Shown: piece by piece, positions 18,201-25,454 of the stretch
Position numbering within the stretch: the first letter of the stretch is position 1
How the letters are laid out: each line of letters opens with the position of its first letter
IMG/VR virus record: IMGVR_UViG_3300036784_000011
Span: 1-40,654 of that record
Length of the DNA: 40,654 nucleotides
Origin: a virus
Taxonomy: Duplodnaviria; Caudoviricetes
Direction: 5' to 3' (one strand)
Translations under genes and position numbers: made by a program
The notes under the pieces: generated by a model
What the model was told of the DNA's origin: nothing
What the model saw: the letters and a program-made list of their open reading frames with translations, nothing else
Database searches by the model: none

Positions 18201-19922
18201 AATACTGGTGCCGGTTCAATGCAGATGACGGCATCCCTCACCGGGACTATGTCGGCTGCAGCTACAAACCTCCCGATAAACAACGGGCTGAAGGTTAAGA
18301 GCGGCGATATAGTTCAGATATCAGGTTGGTCAAAGGCTTCCACCCTAGCCCGGAGCTTCGCGCCTGGCGTTCAGTTCTTTGATTCCTTCGGAAGACATCT
18401 CTCTGACATTTACATCGCCTCGCTCGCTAATAACACCTCTACCTGGACACAAAACGCGGGGGCCGTTACAGCGCCCGCTAGCGCAGCTTGGGCCGTAGCA
18501 ATTATGGAGGTAATAACTCCTGCTGCTAGCGAGGTACATTTCGTCGATGATATGTTCATCCAGGATTCAACTAGCTATGCTTCAGGCGGCCCAGGAGGCG
18601 GTGGTGGCGGAGCGGTGCCAGCATCGTCCGGTTCTGCGGCCCCCAATACTCCACTCCCGGCCGGAAACGGTGCTCCTGGCCAGGGGACAATTAGCTGGAG
18701 TGGAGGCGTCACCTCTCCCGTTCCCGAGAATGTCGTGTCTCTTCTCCTCCATGTTGACCCGGTAGGTGATGCCGATGGAGCCGTCCTATTCCGATTTGTC
18801 ACCTACGGAACTGTCAACAACGTAGACTTGATTTACCATACGGGCGGGAAGCTGGAATTGAAGGGGTTCTCTGGAGCCTCGACCTTGTTCGACTCTGGCC
18901 AGATATCAGCAGGGGTAAATGGCAAGAGTCTAGCCGTACAGATTCAGCTGGTAGCGAATGGCGCTAACATCAACTGGACGATAACAATTCTTGATGCTGT
19001 TCAGGGAACGGTCACGACGACAGCGACCGGGACGGCTAACACGATCACGCTTGGGAATGTATCTGACGTCTATGTCAATCCGCTCGGAACGATGAATCCA
19101 GGTTCCGCTACTGCTATGGGCGGGATAGCGATCCAGCAGTATGCGGATGTACTTGCGAATCTTGCTCCCATGCTATCAGGTTTCAATGGCGAGAACTCAG
19201 CGGCGAGAATACAAAGACTATGTAATGAAGAGGGGATCGCGTTTACCCTCAAGGGGAACATAGTCGATACGCCGCAAATGGGTCCGCAGATTGATGATAC
19301 CTTCACAAACCTGCTACAGTATTGTGAGAACGTAGACCTCGGCCAGATCTATGAGCCGCGTGAGCTGTTCGGGATCGGGTACCGGACTCGGGTGAGTATG
19401 AGCGGCCAGACGCCACTAATCTTTGACTATGCGCAGGCGATGATATCAGCCCCCTTCGTGCCGGTGGCCGACGATCAGCTTACTCGCAACGACATGACAA
19501 TAAGCCGGTATCTCGGTGCGTCGGTTACGCTACAGCAGCTAACTGGACCTATGAGCATCAATCCGCCGCCGAACGGAGTTGGCGACTACACCTATTCCGA
19601 GACTGACTACCTATTTGCCGATAGTCAGCTGCTCAACAAGACTACCTTCCAGCTAGGGCTCGGGACATCTGCTTCTTATCGGTTCCCGGTTGTCAACCTT
19701 GACCTAACTCGGCTAGCCGTCGCGAATCTGATGGCTAACATCGGCGCTATGGATATTGGTGATTACTTCCAGATCATCAATCCTCCCTCGTGGATGACTC
19801 CGGCAACGATCGATGAATTGGAGTACGGCTACACGGAGAACATCAACTCAGTCCACTGGAACCAGTCTATCAACGCACTACCGGAGGGCCCATATGAGGT
19901 ACCAAATCCGCCGACTTGGTAA
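15231..19922 (+). CDS. Large mosaic minor tail / baseplate-hub protein (lectin-like, Gly-rich and CBM-like domains)
   Basis: 1563 aa; WTDISAY...LNNRDGRFSP..GPYYPYL tail motif; long Gly-rich blocks; carbohydrate-binding-like segment DNSTFDGSLGTW...FVDDMF; ARIQRLCNEEGI hub-like C-terminus. Confidence 0.75.
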   Translation: MALPLANNFEGGTNGNAITTANSGGSSGNAFDSVVVGSGTTANFTSFVSAHGSLCGQFQTGSSSSSSYVSWHSSIGGGQATLYGRIYVYITGSVVSGGTRIVEFWSGGDNGTYLGGIAMNGNSTQIAIQDSTYTFKVVFSTSMTINTWYRIEFEYQFQAGSAIVKLFSYDSSTALETHTQSGNYGGASATCDTVDMGWAFAASNQPYLYIDDLNVNSTGFPGPAIASGPTSSGGFAIAPPSFAGIGSNAEVVSGGFAIAPPAFSGTGGPIVPVTSTGGLAIAPPAFAAASQENFPFPKFILGVKIEILINGAWTDISAYAYYRQDIIIQRGRPNWSTGIQASSANLILNNRDGRFSPVNTNGPYYPYLQRNVQIRISIITMSMTLVPYSGYRFNGEVTVWPPVSDPTGNDVTCTITAYGILNRYLQGAKLGSPINRYYRKTINVNPNFVPLAWWPCDDATSSGSMASGLTGGQGMTFTGTPSFMSDGSFLGSDPIPIVTGSTWHGQTGASANPPGTGSITQITAGTYTITAPPGVSAFTVTGQGAGGGGGDTDGIKGGSGGGGAELASASIGVTPNKSYTYVVPPGGVAGNGGNGVDGGNFTFVGDTQTLTAHGGKGGGYAGATAGLGGTGSSASTHFNGGNGAVGGSSATVNQSSSIQGKTGATGGGHNLAGTATSTSWVAPVGVSATVTVQAWSAGGGGGSPGTANGAGAGGGGAYATGTISVTTGSKYAPFAGNGGNGASSNNRGDNGGNSGMLGDSGSSVVASGGVGGGTASAGTGGGVSAGTGNSGGNGGLGAANGGTYGGGGGGGGSNGGPKASGANGSNGNQRGPGNGAGSGGRGGWGAILLNGLPNSGQTNGQTGNQGAGTGGGGGGGGEYYPAGNRGTNGGGGGPGNTIWSWTVSGQPAGGGGGSSAGNSSAGNNGTTGGLGGTAVAGGGSGGNQGMPGGSNVDPGSLPNYLTGDNSTFDGSLGTWINVSNSIIVQTTLQHNTGAGSMQMTASLTGTMSAAATNLPINNGLKVKSGDIVQISGWSKASTLARSFAPGVQFFDSFGRHLSDIYIASLANNTSTWTQNAGAVTAPASAAWAVAIMEVITPAASEVHFVDDMFIQDSTSYASGGPGGGGGGAVPASSGSAAPNTPLPAGNGAPGQGTISWSGGVTSPVPENVVSLLLHVDPVGDADGAVLFRFVTYGTVNNVDLIYHTGGKLELKGFSGASTLFDSGQISAGVNGKSLAVQIQLVANGANINWTITILDAVQGTVTTTATGTANTITLGNVSDVYVNPLGTMNPGSATAMGGIAIQQYADVLANLAPMLSGFNGENSAARIQRLCNEEGIAFTLKGNIVDTPQMGPQIDDTFTNLLQYCENVDLGQIYEPRELFGIGYRTRVSMSGQTPLIFDYAQAMISAPFVPVADDQLTRNDMTISRYLGASVTLQQLTGPMSINPPPNGVGDYTYSETDYLFADSQLLNKTTFQLGLGTSASYRFPVVNLDLTRLAVANLMANIGAMDIGDYFQIINPPSWMTPATIDELEYGYTENINSVHWNQSINALPEGPYEVPNPPTW

Positions 19923-19934
19923 AGAGAGGATGTT

Positions 19935-20330
19935 ATGGCGTCAACACTCATTATTGTCCTAATTGCAGTCCTGGGCTTTCTGCTTACCCTGGGCGGTATC
20001 ATCGGCGTTTGGCTGGCGGTACGTACCGCGCAGAATACGCAGACGGTCAAGAACTTCCGCGAGGCCGCTTCATCATGGAGAGAGAAAGCGGAAGCGCTCG
20101 CTTCTGACTTGCTTACAGTCCAGGGGGAGATGGCCGAGCTACAAAAGCAGCATAAAAACCTTCAAGCAGAGCATGATGTTTTGAAGAACGTGGTGACCGG
20201 AAAGTCAGCAATCGAGTCCCTGGGCGTACAGATGACGGACGCGCGGGAGGCAATTATACTAGAAGTCCGCTTGTCTAAGGAAGCCCTTGAACAATTGATC
20301 GATGCAAGGAGTGGCTCGCAACATGAATGA
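19935..20330 (+). CDS. Membrane protein with coiled coil (holin/lysis-associated)
   Basis: N-terminal TM helix plus heptad-rich C-terminus; upstream of endolysin. Confidence 0.55.
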   Translation: MASTLIIVLIAVLGFLLTLGGIIGVWLAVRTAQNTQTVKNFREAASSWREKAEALASDLLTVQGEMAELQKQHKNLQAEHDVLKNVVTGKSAIESLGVQMTDAREAIILEVRLSKEALEQLIDARSGSQHE

Positions 20331-20832
20331 GGACGTATCGGGCACTCCGGAAAATGACGACATGATCAATAAGCGTCTAGCCAAAATGGTGCGCCATTCG
20401 AGACGATACATCTGGATCATCCTCACGGTGCTAAGCGTTCTGGCCCTGGTGCTGACGGGAGCGGTCTCCTATCTGCTCTTCTCGCAGCAGGATCAGATCA
20501 ACCAGAATCACGAACTAGCCATACAGTTCAAGAATGGGGCTATCGCTAACTGTGAATCGGGCAACACGGCCAGGGTAACAAACAAGCAGCTATGGGACGA
20601 GTTCTTCGGCGCACTTGTCAATAATCCAAATGGGGCAAAAATGCGGAGTGAACTAGAGGGCAAGATTGCTTTGCTTAACCTTTCGCCAAGTATGCGCCAA
20701 GGCCTGGATGACATTATCATCGCGAACTGGACTCCTGATCCCGGCAATATTAGGCTAGTGCAGGCACTAGAGGCGTATGTTGCTGCGAAAGAAAAGCCGC
20801 AGGACTGCACCAAGATATATGGCGGGAACTAG
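20323..20832 (+). CDS. Single-pass membrane protein (lysis cassette)
   Basis: Start re-called at ATG 20323 after AGGAG; TM segment YIWIILTVLSVLALVLTGAVSYLLF; two Cys. Confidence 0.55.
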   Translation: MNEDVSGTPENDDMINKRLAKMVRHSRRYIWIILTVLSVLALVLTGAVSYLLFSQQDQINQNHELAIQFKNGAIANCESGNTARVTNKQLWDEFFGALVNNPNGAKMRSELEGKIALLNLSPSMRQGLDDIIIANWTPDPGNIRLVQALEAYVAAKEKPQDCTKIYGGN

Positions 20833-20863
20833 GGTATACTACGATCGAGGAGGCAGATGCCAC

Positions 20864-21826
20864 ATGATTATCGACTACAGCACCTCCAGACCCTCCATGA
20901 ATTCGCTCCGTGCCGCAGGAGTCACGGCTGTCGGGAGGTACATCGGCTGGGACTCGGTAGCCGGGTTCCCGACAATCCACAAGAACCTCATGTTGTCCGA
21001 GGCGCACGAACTGCTCGTTGCGGGGATGGGGATTTTCCTCGCATTCGAGTATCAACCAGACGCGGCGGCGAACGGCACTCCGCAGGGGACGAAGGATGGT
21101 CAGCTGGCCAAGGCTCAGCTAGCCCAACTCGAAGCTCCCCCGGACATGTGCTCGTACTTCGCGGTGGACTTTGACATTCCCGACTATGCGCCATCCCTAC
21201 CGGACACACCGGAGAATGCGCTGGAGAAGCTCGGGCCGGTCGGCCACTACTTCCAGGCCATCAACGCACTCAAGTTCGCATACGAGGTCGGCGGCTATGG
21301 CGGCTACTACGCCATCAAGCGCCTACTCGACGCGAAGCTCATCACCAAGGCCTGGCAGGCAACTGCTTGGTCAGGTGGTCACCTCGACAACCGTGCCGTT
21401 CTCTACCAAGTCGTCAGCACGTCATCAATCGCCGGTGCCGATGTTGACGTCCGTGAACATGTCACTACCGTGGCCGACTTCGGCCAGTGGCCTCGTCCCA
21501 TCACCAAGCCAGACCCGCCAGTCAACCCGCCAATCCCACAGGAGACAGACATGGCATATCCGATGGTTCTCGATCTCGTCAAGGGCTCTGCAGTTGTCCT
21601 CCCGGTTCCGGCCGGCAAGACCAAGATCGTTCTGTACGCCGACCCCGGAGCCAGTGCTGGCGAGGCTCCGCACGTCAGGGTCGGGACTTCGCCGAAGTGG
21701 ACCGTCATCGACATGGCCCCTGCATGGGCAAACCCGGCTCAGTCAACCTTCCCGGTTGGCACCAATGAGATGACCCTAGCTCGGGCCGACGCCGGCAACA
21801 CGCCCGTCACCGTCGATTTCGCCTAA
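20864..21826 (+). CDS. Endolysin, DUF1906/Rv2525c-like GH25-related glycoside hydrolase
   Basis: IDYS..P...LRAAGVTAVGRY, YFAVDFD, GGYGGY, WQATAWSGG motifs; GAGGAGG SD; Pro-rich linker before a C-terminal domain. Confidence 0.85.
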   Translation: MIIDYSTSRPSMNSLRAAGVTAVGRYIGWDSVAGFPTIHKNLMLSEAHELLVAGMGIFLAFEYQPDAAANGTPQGTKDGQLAKAQLAQLEAPPDMCSYFAVDFDIPDYAPSLPDTPENALEKLGPVGHYFQAINALKFAYEVGGYGGYYAIKRLLDAKLITKAWQATAWSGGHLDNRAVLYQVVSTSSIAGADVDVREHVTTVADFGQWPRPITKPDPPVNPPIPQETDMAYPMVLDLVKGSAVVLPVPAGKTKIVLYADPGASAGEAPHVRVGTSPKWTVIDMAPAWANPAQSTFPVGTNEMTLARADAGNTPVTVDFA

Positions 21827-21836
21827 ATTGGCGACC

Positions 21837-21915
21837 CGGAGAGCGATCCTAAGAGGATGCCCCGGCCGGGGCTACCCGATCTATACGGGAGCTATCCCAA
21901 GCCGGTAGCTGAGCG
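21837..21915 (+). repeat. Tripartite ~80-bp element, copy A
   Basis: Blocks CGGAGAGCGATCCTAAG / GGCTACCC-N6-TACGG / GCCGGTAGCTGAGCG match the reverse complement of 25455-25534. Confidence 0.7.
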
Positions 21916-21952
21916 CTCCGGGGCCTGTCCGGGGGAGTCCCTAGAAACGCCT

Positions 21953-21987
21953 AACGGGAGACCGCGCCCTAAGCGCTGTCTCCCGTT
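21953..21987. terminator. Hairpin between converging arms (possible bidirectional terminator)
   Basis: AACGGGAGAC-C-GCGC / GCGC-T-GTCTCCCGTT stem. Confidence 0.65.
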
Positions 21988-22001
21988 CGGTCTTCCCTGA
22001 T

Positions 22002-22280
22002 CTAGCAGTTAACGTGGCATCCGTTGTTGTGCACCTGGCAGTGGTTGCTGTTCTTGCATCCGTGTCCCGGCCTCGGCTCGCAGTTGCACGAACAGCCGGG
22101 GCCGTCATTACAGGCCGAGCCGAACACGTCGCGCAGTGTGATGATGAATCCGGCCGGAAGGATGTCGTTGAGGTGTGCCCTTGCCTCTTCTACCGTGGTG
22201 GTCCCGTCATAGACCTCAGACAGAGTCTTGGTCAGAATGGAACCGTACGACGCGAAGCTCGTCACGAATTGGGTTGGCAT
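22002..22280 (-). CDS. Small protein with Cys/His-rich C-terminus
   Basis: GAGG SD; 8 Cys and 4 His in the last 36 aa. Confidence 0.65.
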   Translation of the reverse strand: MPTQFVTSFASYGSILTKTLSEVYDGTTTVEEARAHLNDILPAGFIITLRDVFGSACNDGPGCSCNCEPRPGHGCKNSNHCQVHNNGCHVNC

Positions 22281-22286
22281 GTTTCC

Positions 22287-22394
22287 TCATTTCTCTACTA
22301 CCTTACGACCCTTACAAACAGTGCACAGATCGTCGCCCTTGAGGTTTAGGCCGGTGCCTCCGCAAGCAGGGCAGGTAACCCACTCAGTCTTGGG
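22287..22394 (-). other. Start-less DnaJ-type zinc-finger frame (readthrough extension or pseudogene)
   Basis: PKTEWVTCPACGGTGLNLKGDDLCTVCKGRKVVEK-stop directly in frame after the TAG at 22395-22397. Confidence 0.55.
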
Positions 22395-22625
22395 CTAGTG
22401 GGACTCCTGGAACTCGGTCTCGCGGCGTAGGCTCGCGAGGAGGAGGGCGACGACGTGTAGCCTGCCGTGCTCAGCTAGCCACATCAGGTTCTGTTCGGCC
22501 TGGACGAACTCTGCCTGGATTGGTTTAGGTACAGGCTCAGGGATCGGCGTGTTTTGTGGAGGGCCAAATACACCTTCGGCTGCCTCCTCGATGAGTCTCT
22601 GGATTGCTTCTTCGTTGTCTGCCAT
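22395..22625 (-). CDS. Hypothetical protein (76 aa)
   Basis: Start re-called at ATG 22625 (TAATG overlap), MADNEEAIQRL. Confidence 0.6.
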   Translation of the reverse strand: MADNEEAIQRLIEEAAEGVFGPPQNTPIPEPVPKPIQAEFVQAEQNLMWLAEHGRLHVVALLLASLRRETEFQESH

Positions 22626-23029
22626 TAGGGCTTCCTTTCCGTCACATCTGTCACAAGCAGCTCGATGTGCTCCGGGTCGTCTCTGAGATTGATGTCGACA
22701 TAGCTCCAGTCGACCGAGAACTTGAATGCCCCTGATTCGGACTTGTACCTTGTGAGCGGACCCTTTTCCTGATTCTTGGCCCTGTGGAGCACAAGGATGA
22801 TCGGCTCGCCAGACTCGGTGTCGGCTATCCCATGGGGATGGCGGATAGATGGAATCGAGTTGGCCCCGGCATGGTACCAATTCTCGGGAGGATCGTCGTA
22901 ACGCTGGCCATCCCAGTGGCCATCATTGATGTCCTCAAGCTCGGCCGTCGCCCTGAAGGCTACCGCTCGGTTGGCTGACTTTGACCTTCGTACTAGGTCA
23001 AGTATGTAGTCTTTTGATGGTTCTGACAT
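22625..23029 (-). CDS. Hypothetical protein (134 aa)
   Basis: AGGAGG SD; coupled to the downstream gene. Confidence 0.65.
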   Translation of the reverse strand: MSEPSKDYILDLVRRSKSANRAVAFRATAELEDINDGHWDGQRYDDPPENWYHAGANSIPSIRHPHGIADTESGEPIILVLHRAKNQEKGPLTRYKSESGAFKFSVDWSYVDINLRDDPEHIELLVTDVTERKP

Positions 23030-23037
23030 TTCGCCTC

Positions 23038-23169
23038 CTACATCGGGTGGTGTTCGTTGTCGTCGGAGCCGTAGCAGACTGGCTCGTCTGGGTTAATGGA
23101 GATGTTGTCATACCACCTCCCGTCTTCGCCTTGCATGATGTCGGTCCCGCAGTAAGCACAGGTTTCCAT
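23038..23169 (-). CDS. Small zinc-finger-like protein (43 aa)
   Basis: METCAYCG...C...HHP; GAGGAGAGG SD upstream. Confidence 0.6.
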   Translation of the reverse strand: METCAYCGTDIMQGEDGRWYDNISINPDEPVCYGSDDNEHHPM

Positions 23170-23183
23170 TCTCGCCTCTCCTC

Positions 23184-23201
23184 GCGCTACCTCTAGTATA
23201 C
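23184..23201 (-). promoter_or_regulatory. Putative phage promoter motif (TATACT -10)
   Basis: GTATACTAGAGGTAGCGC, 16/18 identical to 39513-39530. Confidence 0.55.
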
Positions 23202-23224
23202 GCGCTAGGGAGGATGCAGAGAAG

Positions 23225-23260
23225 CCCCCGGAGTCGGGGCTGGCGACTTGATTCCGGGGG
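23225..23260 (-). terminator. Hairpin terminator-like element
   Basis: CCCCCGGAATC/GACTCCGGGGG stem followed by CTTCTCT. Confidence 0.55.
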
Positions 23261-23357
23261 CCTCTCACGACAGGATGCCGGGCGGGGCAGTAGCCCTCCT
23301 CTTTTTCAGCCTCAGCGTGGGCCTTCAACACGCTTCTGGCGCCCGGTCCATTACCGG

Positions 23358-23735
23358 CTACTCGTCCTGTCGTCCCCCGATATCTATTGTGATTGTGTCG
23401 GCGTCATCGAACAGCGGCCTTGCCATCATCGCCTCGGTATCCGCCCGCATCCTCGCGATGTTCTCCTGGGTGTTGGCTCGCATCCGTTCGATGAATGCGT
23501 CCGCATCGGCCGTCGGGTCGTACCAGTCCTTACCGAGCAGTTGCTCCTCGGCTCCCCCTTCGGGCCATATGTGCCCATCGACGGCCGGGATGTTGGCGAG
23601 CGTGTCGCTTAGGTCTTGTCTGGCAGAACGAGCCCTGGCCTTGTCCAGCTCGAACCTTACCCATGAAACTATGGCAAGGAATCCGATGAACATCCCCAAG
23701 GCCATGATAGCCAGTCCTATTTCTTTGTGCATCAC
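23358..23735 (-). CDS. Membrane-anchored hypothetical protein
   Basis: N-terminal TM helix; GTGA overlap with the NlpC/P60 gene. Confidence 0.65.
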   Translation of the reverse strand: MMHKEIGLAIMALGMFIGFLAIVSWVRFELDKARARSARQDLSDTLANIPAVDGHIWPEGGAEEQLLGKDWYDPTADADAFIERMRANTQENIARMRADTEAMMARPLFDDADTITIDIGGRQDE

Positions 23736-24526
23736 GTGATCCTGAAGAACATTGTAGGAACGTAGCCGTATCCGTAGCTATGGTAGCCTACAGCCGTGCC
23801 CGGCTGCTGCGCGCCGAACGTCTCGCCCGCGTGTACGTAGAACTCGACGTGGCCCGATCCGAAGAATGCCAAGTCGCCGTAGCTCGGGTATGACGTCTGA
23901 ACGAGCAGTCCGCTCGCTACGCCCGCCGCTAGCATCGCGTACGTATCGCGGGGCATCGAGCTAACGCCCATCTGGAGCGCCGCCCAGTAGACCAGACCTG
24001 AGCAGTCGAACCCGCTCGGCGTGTCGCCACCGTAGACGTACGGCACCCCTTGCATCGTGAGGGCTTTGCTGAGAAGCTCGGCCCCAACGCTGCCGGAAGG
24101 AGGCGCAGTCGTCGGAGGCGCGGTGGTGGGTGGCGGAGTTGTCCGCGTCACGGTAGGCGACGGGGCCGGGCTAGTCGTGGTCGGTGCCGGGCTCGGCGTG
24201 ACCGTCGTTACAGAGGCAACGGGAGCGCTCGACTGCGTAACAACCGGAGCCGGGGTTACCGTGGTCACCATCGTCCCTTCGTGCCGAACATGATGAGCGT
24301 GCAGCGCGGCGCTCGATGTCGGGATGATGACGGTCGGATGCGGTACGCCAAGGTTGACATTGGCGGTAGGTGACGGTACGGTGGCGGTTACTACCGGCCT
24401 AACAACGTTCGCATAAGCCGCTGTAGCAACTGCTGGGGAGCCAGGCGCTGCGGCGACCGCCGCTCCGCTCACCATAAGGCAAGCGGAAACGGCAGCCATC
24501 ACGAGCGCTCGGCGCTCAGCACCCAT
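23732..24526 (-). CDS. Secreted NlpC/P60 peptidoglycan endopeptidase
   Basis: Signal peptide, Pro/Thr linker, GVPYVYGG..GFDCSGLV...GDLAFFGSGHV catalytic Cys/His. Confidence 0.9.
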   Translation of the reverse strand: MGAERRALVMAAVSACLMVSGAAVAAAPGSPAVATAAYANVVRPVVTATVPSPTANVNLGVPHPTVIIPTSSAALHAHHVRHEGTMVTTVTPAPVVTQSSAPVASVTTVTPSPAPTTTSPAPSPTVTRTTPPPTTAPPTTAPPSGSVGAELLSKALTMQGVPYVYGGDTPSGFDCSGLVYWAALQMGVSSMPRDTYAMLAAGVASGLLVQTSYPSYGDLAFFGSGHVEFYVHAGETFGAQQPGTAVGYHSYGYGYVPTMFFRIT

Positions 24527-25250
24527 CGTAGGGGGCCCAGTTGGACGCCCCGCCTGCGGTAGCCATTGCGTTGTTGAACACCTGGTTCTGCTCGGCTACG
24601 CTCGCGTTGCCGAAGCTGGCCGGGTTGCCGCCGTACGCGGCCCAGGTCGAGGCCGAGAACTGGTAGAGGCCGTAGTGGCCGCTGGAGTTCATCACCTGGC
24701 TGTTCCCGCCCGATTCGCGGGAGATAACGCAGCTCTGGAAACCACCACTACCCGAGTACGTACCGCCCGCGTACGTACGCCCTTGGACTACGGGGTTGGC
24801 TGGTGTCTGACGGGTGGGGCCGCAGGAAACATCCCAGCCATCGCCATCACCGTCCCCGCAGTAGTTCGGGTCTCCGTAGGTGATGCCGTAGACCTTTCCG
24901 GAACTTGGGGTGCTCGGGGCGCTCTGAACGCTTCCCAGCCTGAGAAGCTGCGGCGGGTCATCGCACTTGATGGCGAGCTTCTGGCCGGGGAGGATCAGAT
25001 TGGGGTTGGAACCGATTGTCGCCTTGTTGGCGGCGTAAATGCCGGTCCAGTCGTTCGTGTGGGTGGCACCACAGTACTGAGCAGCTAGACCTGAGAGCGT
25101 GTTGCCCGAGTGAACCGTTACCACGAGCCCTGTTGCCAGAGCCGGGGCGGCCAGGACCATAAGCGCGACACGCGGGTTGCGCTTGATGGCCCAATCGAAG
25201 ATTCGCTCAGAGATCCGTGATGCCCTTGTGAGGACGCCATTCCTTCTCAT
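24516..25250 (-). CDS. LysM plus resuscitation-promoting-factor-like transglycosylase
   Basis: LysM (VTVHSGNTLSGLA...IYAANKATIGSNPNLILPGQKL); Rpf-like CVISRESGGN...GHYGLYQFSASTW...EQ...NW. Confidence 0.85.
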   Translation of the reverse strand: MRRNGVLTRASRISERIFDWAIKRNPRVALMVLAAPALATGLVVTVHSGNTLSGLAAQYCGATHTNDWTGIYAANKATIGSNPNLILPGQKLAIKCDDPPQLLRLGSVQSAPSTPSSGKVYGITYGDPNYCGDGDGDGWDVSCGPTRQTPANPVVQGRTYAGGTYSGSGGFQSCVISRESGGNSQVMNSSGHYGLYQFSASTWAAYGGNPASFGNASVAEQNQVFNNAMATAGGASNWAPYDGC

Positions 25251-25276
25251 GAACTTCCTAACCTTGCAGGAACGCT

Positions 25277-25350
25277 ACCGGCATCAATCACGGGGCTGAC
25301 ATTGTGATTACGAGTCGATAACGTCGGTCGGATCGAGACGCTACGCCGGT
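25277..25350 (-). ncRNA. Candidate structured 5' leader (three-way junction) of the Rpf gene
   Basis: P1 ACCGGCGU/AUGCCGGU, P2 UCGAU/AUCGA, P3 AAUCAC/GUGAUU; loops GACGUU and AAUGUC are complementary. Confidence 0.45.
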
Positions 25351-25371
25351 CGAGGGGCCAGGACTAGCTAC

Positions 25372-25387
25372 GTTACCGAATCGTTAC
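25372..25387. promoter_or_regulatory. MtrA/GlnR-type box (GTAAC-N6-GTAAC)
   Basis: GTAACGATTCGGTAAC on the minus strand upstream of the Rpf-NlpC/P60 genes. Confidence 0.55.
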
Positions 25388-25454
25388 TAACAGCTACCTA
25401 ACCCTAGACCTCGCCGCGAGAGCCGACCTAGACCCTAGATTCAAGGCGGTAAAT

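Noticed and set aside
21-21714. Numerous minus-strand ORFs in the structural arm, and plus-strand ORFs in the replication arm
   Set aside because: Antisense shadows of GC-rich coding sequence with no motifs or SD support
21827-23360. Integration cassette (integrase, attP, repressor) at the arm junction
   Set aside because: No recombinase or HTH repressor motif seen; lifestyle cannot be determined from this window
25251-25440. c-di-AMP (ydaO) riboswitch upstream of the Rpf gene
   Set aside because: Expected from host rpf genes, but its conserved segments are not recognisable; reported instead as an unassigned structured leader
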